Shown piece after piece: positions 39,208 through 47,760 of a stretch of 64,000 nucleotides of DNA (within the stretch, counting starts at the first letter, position 1; each line of letters begins with the position of its first letter). Source of the stretch: Bacteroidales bacterium UBA4814 (lineage in GTDB: Bacteria; Bacteroidota; Bacteroidia; Bacteroidales; UBA7960); NCBI GenBank assembly GCA_002402465.1, contig DHFW01000049.1, positions 294,937-358,936 of the forward strand, read 5' to 3'. The position numbers and the translations under genes are program-made. The notes below the pieces were generated by a model, which saw nothing but the letters and a program-made list of their open reading frames with translations, did no database searches and was not told where the DNA came from.

Positions 39208-40544
39208 TGTGCTGCGGTTTGTTTCGTTAATTCAATAATCTTTCTTAACTCTGGATCGGCGCGTTCGAAAATTTGGTCGAGCAGTTCGGGCCCGCCGGGT
39301 GTTATGCCCGCCGTTATGCCCGCGGCCCGTTTCAGTATCCTGAAGTCCTTTTCGGTTTTCAGCACCTGCTCCATAAAAGGAAGATCGGCTGGAGTGGCAA
39401 TGGAGTCCATGGCTTCAATGGCTGCCAGCCTGTTTCGGTCCATATTTAGGTTATAAAAGGCATCATCGTTCTTTTCCTCCAGGCGCTGATCCTTTTGGTA
39501 AATTTCTTTCAGGGGGCCAGCGTTTTCAGCTACCTCAAGCATGTCGAGGGTTTTTATGGCAAACTGCCTTACTTTGGGGTTCTTGTGCTCGAGCAGGTTG
39601 AGCACTTGGGGCCATGAATGAATATGCTTATAATGTCCTGCCAGTCTGGTGGCAAAAATTACCACGGTGTCGTTCTCGCTGGTCATCCAGCGGTCGAACG
39701 ATTCTATGTATATCTGATGATACTCAAGGGTGTCAAGGATGTTTACCTGCTCCCACTCTGTGAGTTCGTACTTAAGGTTATCTAAAAATCCAAGGGGGTC
39801 TTCGTCGTTAAGTTTTACCAGGGCTTGCTGCGATTCCATGCGCAGCATTTCATTTCGCGAGTTAATATATTTGGCAATGTTTCGGTTTGCATCCTTCACA
39901 TCCATTTGAGCCAGTTCCCTGAACCCTTTGGCCTTTAAGTTCCATTTGCGGTAGTTAACCTTTCGCAGGGAGTCTTTGTAAAGCTCCAGGTTAAAATAAA
40001 GGTCGCGCAGGCGGTTGGCGGCTTCGCCATACAGGTTGTTGTGAAGCGACAAAAGCTCATTAATAAAAATATTGCGGTTTTTCTCGTGGTTAATGCCGGT
40101 AAACTCAAAGGTTTGATCCTCTTCGCCAAAAAGAAAGTTAGTGAGTTCATCCTGGTAAATGCTTTTGATATTACTGGCCTGTTTCCTCTCGCGGGTTTTT
40201 ATGGTTCGGTTTATCAGGATAAACAAAAGCAGCAGCGTTAGGCTGAAGATAAGATAAACAACAATCCCGACCAGTATCTTAACCTTAAGGCTTGCCTGCT
40301 GATATCTGGTTACAAATTTTTGCCACAGGCTGAGGTTTTCTATGCTTACAGGTTCCTGCCCAACGGCCAGCGCTGATCCGCTTTCGCCTGATTCTGCCAT
40401 GGGGCTGATTATGGCTTCATTGCTAAATTCCATAAAGGTACCGTCCATGGCGCTTACCTGAAAGGAAGCCAGCAGAAGCCCCGTTATGGCGAGAAAAATC
40501 TTTATGGATATTTTTCCTTTAGTCATTGTGGTGAGTTTTTTCAT
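39204..40544 (-). CDS. Membrane protein with a HEAT/ARM-like helical-repeat domain, unknown function
   Basis: 446 aa. It has a signal/TM segment (ISIKIFLAITGLLLASFQVSA) and a second TM segment (ILVGIVVYLIFSLTLLLLFILI), followed by a helical-repeat region (e.g. HKNPKVRQFAIKTLDML). Its stop overlaps the GT2 start (ATGA, 39204-39207). Confidence 0.5.
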   Translation of the reverse strand: MKKLTTMTKGKISIKIFLAITGLLLASFQVSAMDGTFMEFSNEAIISPMAESGESGSALAVGQEPVSIENLSLWQKFVTRYQQASLKVKILVGIVVYLIFSLTLLLLFILINRTIKTRERKQASNIKSIYQDELTNFLFGEEDQTFEFTGINHEKNRNIFINELLSLHNNLYGEAANRLRDLYFNLELYKDSLRKVNYRKWNLKAKGFRELAQMDVKDANRNIAKYINSRNEMLRMESQQALVKLNDEDPLGFLDNLKYELTEWEQVNILDTLEYHQIYIESFDRWMTSENDTVVIFATRLAGHYKHIHSWPQVLNLLEHKNPKVRQFAIKTLDMLEVAENAGPLKEIYQKDQRLEEKNDDAFYNLNMDRNRLAAIEAMDSIATPADLPFMEQVLKTEKDFRILKRAAGITAGITPGGPELLDQIFERADPELRKIIELTKQTAAQ

Positions 40545-40559
40545 TTTTCCAACGCCCTA

Positions 40560-41843
40560 TTAAAACAAGTAAGCCACGCCAGCCTCAACCGAATATTTAT
40601 TGCCCCACACCCCGCCTTTGTAATACTGGAAACCAGCGCCAGCCCTGATAATAAGTTGAGGGGTTGCTTTTTGCTGGTACCAGAGCATTACCTTGTTGCT
40701 TTCGAGGTTGTACACTTCTGCACCGATCAGGGCATCATCGTCGGCCGAAAAGCCAGTGCCTGCCGTAACAGATAAGTGGTGATCGGGCGAGGAGAAATAC
40801 CTTCTGATAGTAAAGAAGTATGATTGCGATGAGGGGGTATTGCTGGCAAAAGTGAAAAACGGCCTGAAGCTGAAATAGTATTGACGGTAGTATTTGCTAA
40901 TGGATCCGGTAAGGATAAGCAGGTCGTTTTCAGAAAAGTTGAGCAGGCGCAGTCCTGCCGAAGCTTCCCAGGCCGAAGGCAACTTCTGGAACACTTCCAG
41001 TCCGGCCCTGAAGGTTGGGAACAACTTATCGTGTGGCGAATAGCCAGCATTAAGGTACATATAGGTGCCGGGCCCCAGTGACGGATAGGCATCTACCTCG
41101 AACTGAAGGCCGGTATTGCCAAAGCGGTCGGCTACATTTACACGCGAAATGACTGTGCCAAATGCATTGGTTCGTCTTCCGTATTCGGCATAGAAAAGGT
41201 GCCATGAATTGGCCATTTCAAAATAATCGCCGCGATATCCCACACCCACAAAATTTTTCAGGCGGCCTACTTCAATTGTCGAAAGCAGCTCCTTGGCATC
41301 GCGGTGGGTGGGATCAATATCAAGTATCTGGTGGAGCAATATTACAGTGGGCTGGTATTCGCCCAGTTCGTTCAGCATTTGGGCTTTTCGGAATAGCAGG
41401 TCGGGGTTGTTGGGATCGCTCACAATAACCTTGTCCAGGTAATCGATGGCCTCCCGGTAATTACCTGCCCAGGCATGGATATCCGTTATGGCCATGAGCG
41501 CGCTTCTGTTTGAAGGCGATTTTTGAATCACTTCTTCCAGTATTTCGGCTGCCTCATCGTAGCGTTGCTCCCAGGCAAGGGTACGGGCCATCAGTATACT
41601 GGCATCATGGTAGTCAGGATTGATCTCCAGTATTTGCCTGCAAAGTTCGCGGGCTGCAGATCTCTCCTGCTCAAAGGCCAGGTCCTGAGCCTGAAAGAAC
41701 AGGTCGTCCAGGTTGAGCTGGGGAACGGGCAGGGCCTGCCCTTGTGCACCGGCCGAAATGGCAATAAACAGAAGGAATATTAACCCCTTTAGTTTTTTCA
41801 GGCCAAATGCTGATTTATTAATCTTAGTGGTATATTGTTTCAT
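40560..41843 (-). CDS. TPR-repeat + YaiO-like outer-membrane beta-barrel protein
   Basis: A signal peptide (LIFLLFIAISAGAQGQ) and about five TPR units (e.g. YDEAAEILEEVIQKSPSN, YREAIDYLDKVIVSDPNN). The C-terminus has alternating-hydrophobic beta strands ending AGVAYLF (terminal Phe). The ATG at 41843 is preferred over the track TTG at 41900. Confidence 0.65.
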   Translation of the reverse strand: MKQYTTKINKSAFGLKKLKGLIFLLFIAISAGAQGQALPVPQLNLDDLFFQAQDLAFEQERSAARELCRQILEINPDYHDASILMARTLAWEQRYDEAAEILEEVIQKSPSNRSALMAITDIHAWAGNYREAIDYLDKVIVSDPNNPDLLFRKAQMLNELGEYQPTVILLHQILDIDPTHRDAKELLSTIEVGRLKNFVGVGYRGDYFEMANSWHLFYAEYGRRTNAFGTVISRVNVADRFGNTGLQFEVDAYPSLGPGTYMYLNAGYSPHDKLFPTFRAGLEVFQKLPSAWEASAGLRLLNFSENDLLILTGSISKYYRQYYFSFRPFFTFASNTPSSQSYFFTIRRYFSSPDHHLSVTAGTGFSADDDALIGAEVYNLESNKVMLWYQQKATPQLIIRAGAGFQYYKGGVWGNKYSVEAGVAYLF

Positions 41844-41902
41844 AATGTTTCCGGATTGAAAACATCCCAATTGTTTTGTGAATATTGGCTGCCGTTTCAA
41901 GG

Positions 41903-42265
41903 CTAGCGCTTAATTAGGAATCGTTTTACCCTTATTGACAACTCATTGGGACTGAAGGGCTTGGTAAGGTAATCGTCCGCCCCCAGCTTGAAAGCTTCAA
42001 TGATGGTTTCTTCATTTCCTACTTTCGACAGCACAATAATAGGAGTTGACTTTTGCAAATCGTTCTTCAGCAGGTTAATCAGTTCGAGCCCGCCAGTGAA
42101 TGGCATGAGTAAATCGGTGATTACCAGATCGTATTCTTTTGACCTTAGTTTTTCGTTAGCCATTCTTCCATCGTTGGCAACATCAACTTCATAGCCCTCC
42201 CGGGTTAGCTTGTGTTCAATGGCTTTAATGACCATGTAATCATCCTCGCAAACGAGTATTTTCAT
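41903..42265 (-). CDS. Stand-alone response-regulator receiver protein (CheY-like, no output domain)
   Basis: 120 aa: ILVCEDD...DLVITDLLMP...LSKVGN...ADDYLTKPF. Confidence 0.9.
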   Translation of the reverse strand: MKILVCEDDYMVIKAIEHKLTREGYEVDVANDGRMANEKLRSKEYDLVITDLLMPFTGGLELINLLKNDLQKSTPIIVLSKVGNEETIIEAFKLGADDYLTKPFSPNELSIRVKRFLIKR

Positions 42266-42666
42266 TGTTTTGTGATTTAGGGTGTAAATCTTGTTTTATA
42301 AGGTTGCTTTTTTTCAAAAAGTTTAAAAAAGAAAGACCGGTTTATAACCGTCAGACCAGTTTTTCTTCTTTTTAATGAATTTACGAAGAAACTGCCAATA
42401 ATCCATTACAAAGATTTGTCAAAAATAGGGACTAATTAATCAGGGTATTTACCGATTTTTCAGGTATTTTACACCAGTTCTCCATAAGTATGAATACTGA
42501 TTTATTTTTAAAAAACCACCATTTTTCCATCTACTGGTTCATAAAAACCTTTAATTTAATAGCAATGGGCTTAGGAAATAATTCAGCCAAGTTTTTTAAC
42601 CTTTGGCCGTGAAGTTTGCCAAAAGTTGAACAAAGGAAACTGCGTATATTTTATGTCCAGATTTGG

Positions 42667-44592
42667 TCACTCGAGGGTGAGTCTTTTTAGTTCTTCATTT
42701 AGTTGCTCGAGAGCCTGCCGGCAAACCCGGGTAGAGTTTTCAACCATTGCCGGTATTTTGTCCAGATTTTCTTTTTTGTCGGCATACTGCTCAATCTGTT
42801 CCACCTCATCTTCAATTTGGTTAATTCCCACGTAGTTGAGCTGAGGTTTTAGTTTGTGTGCGATCTGCTTCACTGCTTCCCAGTCCTGGTTTTTGGTTTT
42901 GGTGTAGAGGTTCTCGAGCACTTCGGGGGTGTTGTCCACAAAATACGAGATCATGGTGACCATAAACTCCTTGTCGCCATCACTCATTTGTTCGAGGTTG
43001 CTGAGGTCATACAATTTTTCTTTCATGATATTTTCAGGAGGAGGGTTGGTAGTAACTATTTTTTCTTTTTGGCGGTATTCTGTCACCAGTTTTTCAATTT
43101 TATTTTTCAATTCTTCAGGCTCGTAGGGTTTTGGCACAAAGTCGTTGGCCCCTGCCTCCAGGCATTTTTTTCGGGCGTTTTCGCCAATGCTGGCTGTTAT
43201 GCCAATAATAGGTATGTTGGCATAGGGGGCGTTTTCGGCGACTCGTATGGCATCTATGGTTTGCAGGCCGTTCAGTCCGGGCATCTGCACATCCATAAGA
43301 ATCAGGTCATATTGTTGGGATTTGAGCTTTTCCAGTACATTGAATCCGGTTCTTACAAATTCAGGTTCAATGCCCATTTTTTTTAGCTGGTGCTTCATTA
43401 CCATTTGGTTCAGTTCCACATCTTCTGCCACCAGAATCTTAATGTTTTCTGGCTTTGGGGGCTCATTTTCGGAAGCAGAAATATTTTCTGCCTTTTCGGT
43501 TTCGCGCGGGGGGGTCAGGTCGAATGGCAGCAAAAAATGAAAGTAAAAAGCCTGGCTGTTGATTTCCTGCAAAAGTATGCTTCCTTCCAGCAGGTCCACG
43601 TTGTATTTTACTTTTTCAAGGGTAAGGTTGAAATCTGCAGAACTTTGCACATTGTTTTCGGTTTCTGGCTTGCCAGGGGCAAACTGGCCCAGCACAAAAA
43701 AAGAGATTTCGAATTTTTCCAGGCTTTTTTGTTCGCCCAGGGCGGTAATTCTAATGGACCGGGTGCAGGGGTGGGCCAGCAGAAATTCGGCCAGGTAAAT
43801 TATGATCTGGCTTAGGCGCCTGCTGTCGCCATATACGCAGTCGGGCAGCGACAGATCGGCTTCTACGGCGGTATGAATGCCTTTTTCCTGTGCACGCCGG
43901 GCAAAGAGCAGTTGGAAGTCTTCAATGGTTTTTTTCAGCGAAAGCGCTTTTTTGGCTGGCTTCAAATCGGGTTGCTCTCCCAGGCAGGTGAGCATCATGT
44001 CATCAATCATTCCCGAAAGGATGCTGATAGTTTGCTTTAGCTTTTTCACAAATACGAGTTGCTGCTCGTTCAGAGGCGTGTCGAAAAGCAATCCGCAGAG
44101 CGCAATGAGGTTGTATAGCGGGTTGCGCAGGTCATGGGCAATGTGCGAAAGCTCTTCTTTGCGCGAAACCATATCGGCTGGCAAGGCTTGCAGTAGCTTT
44201 TCCACAGGCTGAAAAATGATTAAATGCTGCAGGGGTTGCTGCCGACCTGGCCAGGGGTAAAAGGCCGCATGCAGCTTCATTGCCTTGCCATCTTTGGCCT
44301 GAAGGCAAAGTTCTCTTTTCCAGGTCTTACCCGACTGTATCAGGTTCTCCAGCTCGGTTTTGAATCCCTGGTGATGGGAGGATGAGTCGATAAAATCGGT
44401 AAAACGGCCGTGAACTTCACTAACATTGTACCCGCTGAGAGTTGCGAATTGTTTGTTGGCATAAGTAACTCGACCTTGCTCGTTCAGCATCAGCAAGGCA
44501 ATGTTTTCGTCAAGCGCGTACCAGTAAAGGTCAAGCAATTCTTTTGCCGATAATTCAGCCTGTTCTTTAGTATGCATCCCAGTTAAAATCAC
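42667..44592 (-). CDS. Cytoplasmic hybrid sensor kinase-like protein: PAS - HisKA - degenerate HATPase - REC - HPt
   Basis: H-box SHIAHDLRNPL. REC domain KILVAEDVELNQ...DLILMDVQMPGLNG...ANDFVPKPY. HPt motif AHKLKPQLNYVG. The ATPase region has DSRRLSQIIIYLAEFLLAH with no N-box Asn, and no DxGxG or GxGxG boxes. The start is GTG at 44592 or ATG at 44577. Confidence 0.8.
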   Translation of the reverse strand: MILTGMHTKEQAELSAKELLDLYWYALDENIALLMLNEQGRVTYANKQFATLSGYNVSEVHGRFTDFIDSSSHHQGFKTELENLIQSGKTWKRELCLQAKDGKAMKLHAAFYPWPGRQQPLQHLIIFQPVEKLLQALPADMVSRKEELSHIAHDLRNPLYNLIALCGLLFDTPLNEQQLVFVKKLKQTISILSGMIDDMMLTCLGEQPDLKPAKKALSLKKTIEDFQLLFARRAQEKGIHTAVEADLSLPDCVYGDSRRLSQIIIYLAEFLLAHPCTRSIRITALGEQKSLEKFEISFFVLGQFAPGKPETENNVQSSADFNLTLEKVKYNVDLLEGSILLQEINSQAFYFHFLLPFDLTPPRETEKAENISASENEPPKPENIKILVAEDVELNQMVMKHQLKKMGIEPEFVRTGFNVLEKLKSQQYDLILMDVQMPGLNGLQTIDAIRVAENAPYANIPIIGITASIGENARKKCLEAGANDFVPKPYEPEELKNKIEKLVTEYRQKEKIVTTNPPPENIMKEKLYDLSNLEQMSDGDKEFMVTMISYFVDNTPEVLENLYTKTKNQDWEAVKQIAHKLKPQLNYVGINQIEDEVEQIEQYADKKENLDKIPAMVENSTRVCRQALEQLNEELKRLTLE

Positions 44593-44819
44593 TCAATTAC
44601 CATCGCTTAAGGCCAATCTGGAAATTTCCCTTGCCAATGTGAAAAGAAACGTAACAAGCGACGTGTTTTCATCGCCTAATAGATATTTTCAAATATATTG
44701 CATTTTACCCTTAGTTTTACGCTTAACCTTAAAAAAAATTAAATAAAAGAGTTATTTTTGTTTTTCACACCGTTGAATGGTGATTTTTCTTGCTTTAAAA
44801 CTTTTTCAACCAGCTTATT

Positions 44820-45464
44820 ATGGCCTACAGGCTAAAAGGCGTTTGGATGTTGTTTTTTGCTTTGTTCTTTGGGGCAGGGTTTGCTGCGGGACAGGGCTTC
44901 GATGGCGGCCTTCGTGCCGGCATTGCTGCCAGCGAGGTTTCGGGCGATAACCTGGGTGGCCCCGACAAGCTGGGCTGGTTTGCCTCGGTTTTTACCAGTA
45001 CCGGGCTTGGTGCATACAGCCGGGTGCAGCTCGAGATGCTTTACATACAAAAAGGAAGCCGATCGCGCCCCAACGAAAAAAACAACTTTTACGACTATCG
45101 CTTTTCACTCCAGTATGTCGAGGTTCCCTTGCTGTTTATTTATGATTTTCCTTTGGGGGAAAACCTTCGCCATGGGGGGCGGCTCTCGCTCGAAGCAGGC
45201 CTTTCACTGGCCTTTTTGGTGGCAGCCCTCGAAAAAGAAAACGACCTTGAAATCGATCTTGCCCAGGAAAAGCCTTATAACGATGCAGAGTTGAATGTGT
45301 TGCTCGGACTATATTATCCTGTGGCCAATCGCCTCAAATTTCACCTGCGTTTTTCGCAGGGCATTACCCCGCTCAGGCCCCACCTGGGCGGCTCGCAAAC
45401 ATGGTACAACCGCGGGCAATATAACACCGTATGGACATTCGGCCTGGCATGGTCGCTGCTATAG
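44820..45464 (+). CDS. Small outer-membrane beta-barrel protein (PorT/OmpA-barrel-like family)
   Basis: 214 aa with a signal peptide (WMLFFALFFGAGFAAGQG) and alternating beta-strand patterning. Confidence 0.6.
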   Translation: MAYRLKGVWMLFFALFFGAGFAAGQGFDGGLRAGIAASEVSGDNLGGPDKLGWFASVFTSTGLGAYSRVQLEMLYIQKGSRSRPNEKNNFYDYRFSLQYVEVPLLFIYDFPLGENLRHGGRLSLEAGLSLAFLVAALEKENDLEIDLAQEKPYNDAELNVLLGLYYPVANRLKFHLRFSQGITPLRPHLGGSQTWYNRGQYNTVWTFGLAWSLL

Positions 45465-45576
45465 CAATGCATGCAGTCCACTCATCTGTATTAAGAAATT
45501 GTTAAATTAATTTTAAGGAAACTATAAATGAGCCCTTTATAAAAGGGCCCGGGCTATTTTACTGAGAAAAATCAAT

Positions 45577-45584
45577 TAATTTTG
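45577..45584 (+). promoter_or_regulatory. TAnnTTTG -7 box upstream of the two-component operon
   Basis: TAATTTTG lies 21 nt upstream of the ATG at 45605. Confidence 0.35.
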
Positions 45585-45604
45585 GCTTGCATTAAAATCA
45601 ATAA

Positions 45605-46288
45605 ATGAAGCCAGGCAATTACCGCATTTTGCTTGTTGACGACGAACCCGACATCCTGGAGTTTATCGGATACAACCTCACCCGCGAAGGCTACACAGTA
45701 TACAAATCCCTCAATGGCAAACAGGCATTGGAAAAAGCCCGCGAGGTACTTCCGCACTTGATTATTCTTGATGTGATGATGCCCGAAATGGACGGCATGG
45801 AGACTTGCCGAGAGCTGAGGCGGTTTCCTGAGCTTTCGCACAGCATTATTGCGTTCCTCACTGCCCGTGGAGAGGACTATTCTCAGCTGGCAGGCTTTGA
45901 GGCAGGTGCCGACGATTATATTGCCAAGCCCATTAAGCCCAGCTTGTTGCTGAGCCGTGTAAAAGCCCTGTTGCGCCGATCGGCCCGAGCAGGCGAAGCC
46001 GGCGAAAGGGTACAGGTGGGCAATATTCTGATAGACCGCGAGCGTTACCTGATTTTTAAAGACGAGCAGGAAATAAGTCTTCCCAAAAAAGAATTTGAAC
46101 TGCTTGCCCTTTTGGCCTCCAGGCCCAATAAGGTGTTTTCGCGCGAAGAGATCTTTGCCAGCGTTTGGGGAACCAACGTGGTGGTAGGCGATCGCACCAT
46201 CGATGTACACGTGCGCAAGCTGCGCGAAAAGATCGGCCTGGAAAACATCAAAACAGTGAAAGGTGTGGGCTACAAATTCGAGGTGTAG
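45605..46288 (+). CDS. OmpR/PhoB-family response regulator (REC + winged helix)
   Basis: ILLVDDEPDI...LIILDVMMPEMDG. The C-terminus has DRTIDVHVRKLREKI...VKGVGYKF. Confidence 0.92.
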   Translation: MKPGNYRILLVDDEPDILEFIGYNLTREGYTVYKSLNGKQALEKAREVLPHLIILDVMMPEMDGMETCRELRRFPELSHSIIAFLTARGEDYSQLAGFEAGADDYIAKPIKPSLLLSRVKALLRRSARAGEAGERVQVGNILIDRERYLIFKDEQEISLPKKEFELLALLASRPNKVFSREEIFASVWGTNVVVGDRTIDVHVRKLREKIGLENIKTVKGVGYKFEV

Positions 46289-46291
46289 GTT

Positions 46292-47386
46292 ATGATGAAT
46301 TATGCAACCCCGCGCAAACTTGCCCTGATTACTTCTTTGATCGTTTCCCTGGCATTTTCACTTGCCTATGGCATTACCACCCGCATTGTGTATGGCGAGT
46401 TGCTCTGGAAAACCCTGCTGGTAGGTAATTTGGTACTGTTTGTGATTACTTTTTTTCTGTTTCGATTTATCCTCGAGCGCTTTATATACGACCGCATAAG
46501 GTTGATTTACAAAACCATACATGAGATGAAAGCCCCTAAGGGGCAGAAAAAGGCCATATTATTTGGCAAAAACGACATTATAAGGGAAACCAACCAGGAA
46601 GTGCTTGAATGGGCCACCAGCAAAAAGAAAGAGGTGGAAGAACTCAAGAAGCTTGAAGCCTACCGGCGCGAATTTCTGGGCAATGTGTCGCACGAGCTTA
46701 AAACCCCGATCTTCAACATCCAGGGCTATGTGCTTACCCTGCTCGACGGTGGCATCGACGATCCCGGGATTAATCGTAAATACCTTCTGCGTACCGAGCA
46801 AAGCATCGACCGCATGATCGGCATCATCGAAGACCTCGAAGCCATCGCAAAACTGGAGTCAGGCGAATTGAAGCTGAATTTTTCCACCTTCGACATGGTG
46901 GCACTGGCGCGCGAGGTAATGGAGTTTATGGAAATAAAGGCTGCTGCTCGAAATATTCACCTGCACTTTGGCCGCAGCTATGACTCACCCATATTCGTCG
47001 AGGCCGACCGGCAAGGGATACAGCAAGTGCTTACCAACCTGGTGGTCAATTCCATTAAGTATGGCACCGAAAATGGCCGCACCAAGATTAGCTTTTTCGA
47101 TATGGATGAGAACATACTGATTGAAGTAACCGACAGTGGCATAGGCATTCCCCGTGAGGAACTCCCAAGGGTCTTTGAACGTTTTTACCGGGGCGATAAA
47201 AGTCGCGCCTTTCGCGAAGGGGAGGGGGGCACCGGGCTGGGGCTGGCCATAGTGAAGCATATTATTGAAGCCCATCAGCAAACCATTAACGTGCGCAGCA
47301 CCCTGGGCGTAGGCACCACCTTTGCCTTTACCCTGCAAAAGGGAAAAGCCGCGGCAGGCAGCCGCAGGAACGTGTTTATGCTATAA
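46292..47386 (+). CDS. Membrane sensor histidine kinase (intact HisKA + HATPase)
   Basis: It has two N-terminal TM segments. H-box SHELKTPI, N-box LTNLVVNSIKYG, G1 box DSGIGIP, G2 box GGTGLGLAIV. Confidence 0.9.
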   Translation: MMNYATPRKLALITSLIVSLAFSLAYGITTRIVYGELLWKTLLVGNLVLFVITFFLFRFILERFIYDRIRLIYKTIHEMKAPKGQKKAILFGKNDIIRETNQEVLEWATSKKKEVEELKKLEAYRREFLGNVSHELKTPIFNIQGYVLTLLDGGIDDPGINRKYLLRTEQSIDRMIGIIEDLEAIAKLESGELKLNFSTFDMVALAREVMEFMEIKAAARNIHLHFGRSYDSPIFVEADRQGIQQVLTNLVVNSIKYGTENGRTKISFFDMDENILIEVTDSGIGIPREELPRVFERFYRGDKSRAFREGEGGTGLGLAIVKHIIEAHQQTINVRSTLGVGTTFAFTLQKGKAAAGSRRNVFML

Positions 47387-47405
47387 CGTAATTTTAACAT
47401 CTTTA

Positions 47406-47476
47406 TGAAACGAGCATGCATTGTTAAACACAAACACGGAGGAAAATTCTTCATGCGAGTTCCATCCGACATTAAT
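47406..47476. repeat. About 70-nt conserved intergenic element, copy 1 (copy 2 at 60917-60986)
   Basis: By hand alignment 59 of 71 positions are identical, including the 16-nt block TCATGCGAGTTCCATC and AAACACGGA. Confidence 0.6.
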
Positions 47477-47659
47477 TTGAAAGTTATTTACGGATGAAAA
47501 ACTTGGTTAATTTCTCGTTAATAACTTTTTTGTGGGCCTGTTTGAAAAAGAGATACTTTTGACCATCTTTAATCCCCCTTAAAAAAAGTATTAACCAATA
47601 TTTAACAAAAACTTAAAGTTGAAGTGCATTTTGGTGTTTTTGATTTCGCTGCAATCGAT

Positions 47660-47667
47660 TAATTTTG
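47660..47667 (+). promoter_or_regulatory. TAnnTTTG -7 box upstream of the Oar-like TonB receptor
   Basis: TAATTTTG lies 94 nt upstream of the ATG at 47761. Confidence 0.35.
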
Positions 47668-47760
47668 CCTCTCAATTTTAGCAAAACATACAATCACAAT
47701 TTAGTTAGTCCTTAACCAATAAATCCAACCCTAATCTTTTCAATCACAAAACAAAAAACA

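Noticed and set aside
47453-47497. The small ORFs MRVPSDINLKVIYG (47453-47497) and MRVPSDLNKQINLGLNKSITLTL (60963-61034) as genuine conserved peptide genes.
   Set aside because: Only the first 8 codons are shared, because they lie inside the repeated 70-nt element. The remainder diverges in sequence and length. Shine-Dalgarno-dependent initiation is weak in Bacteroidota. The pair is kept only as a note under the repeat finding.
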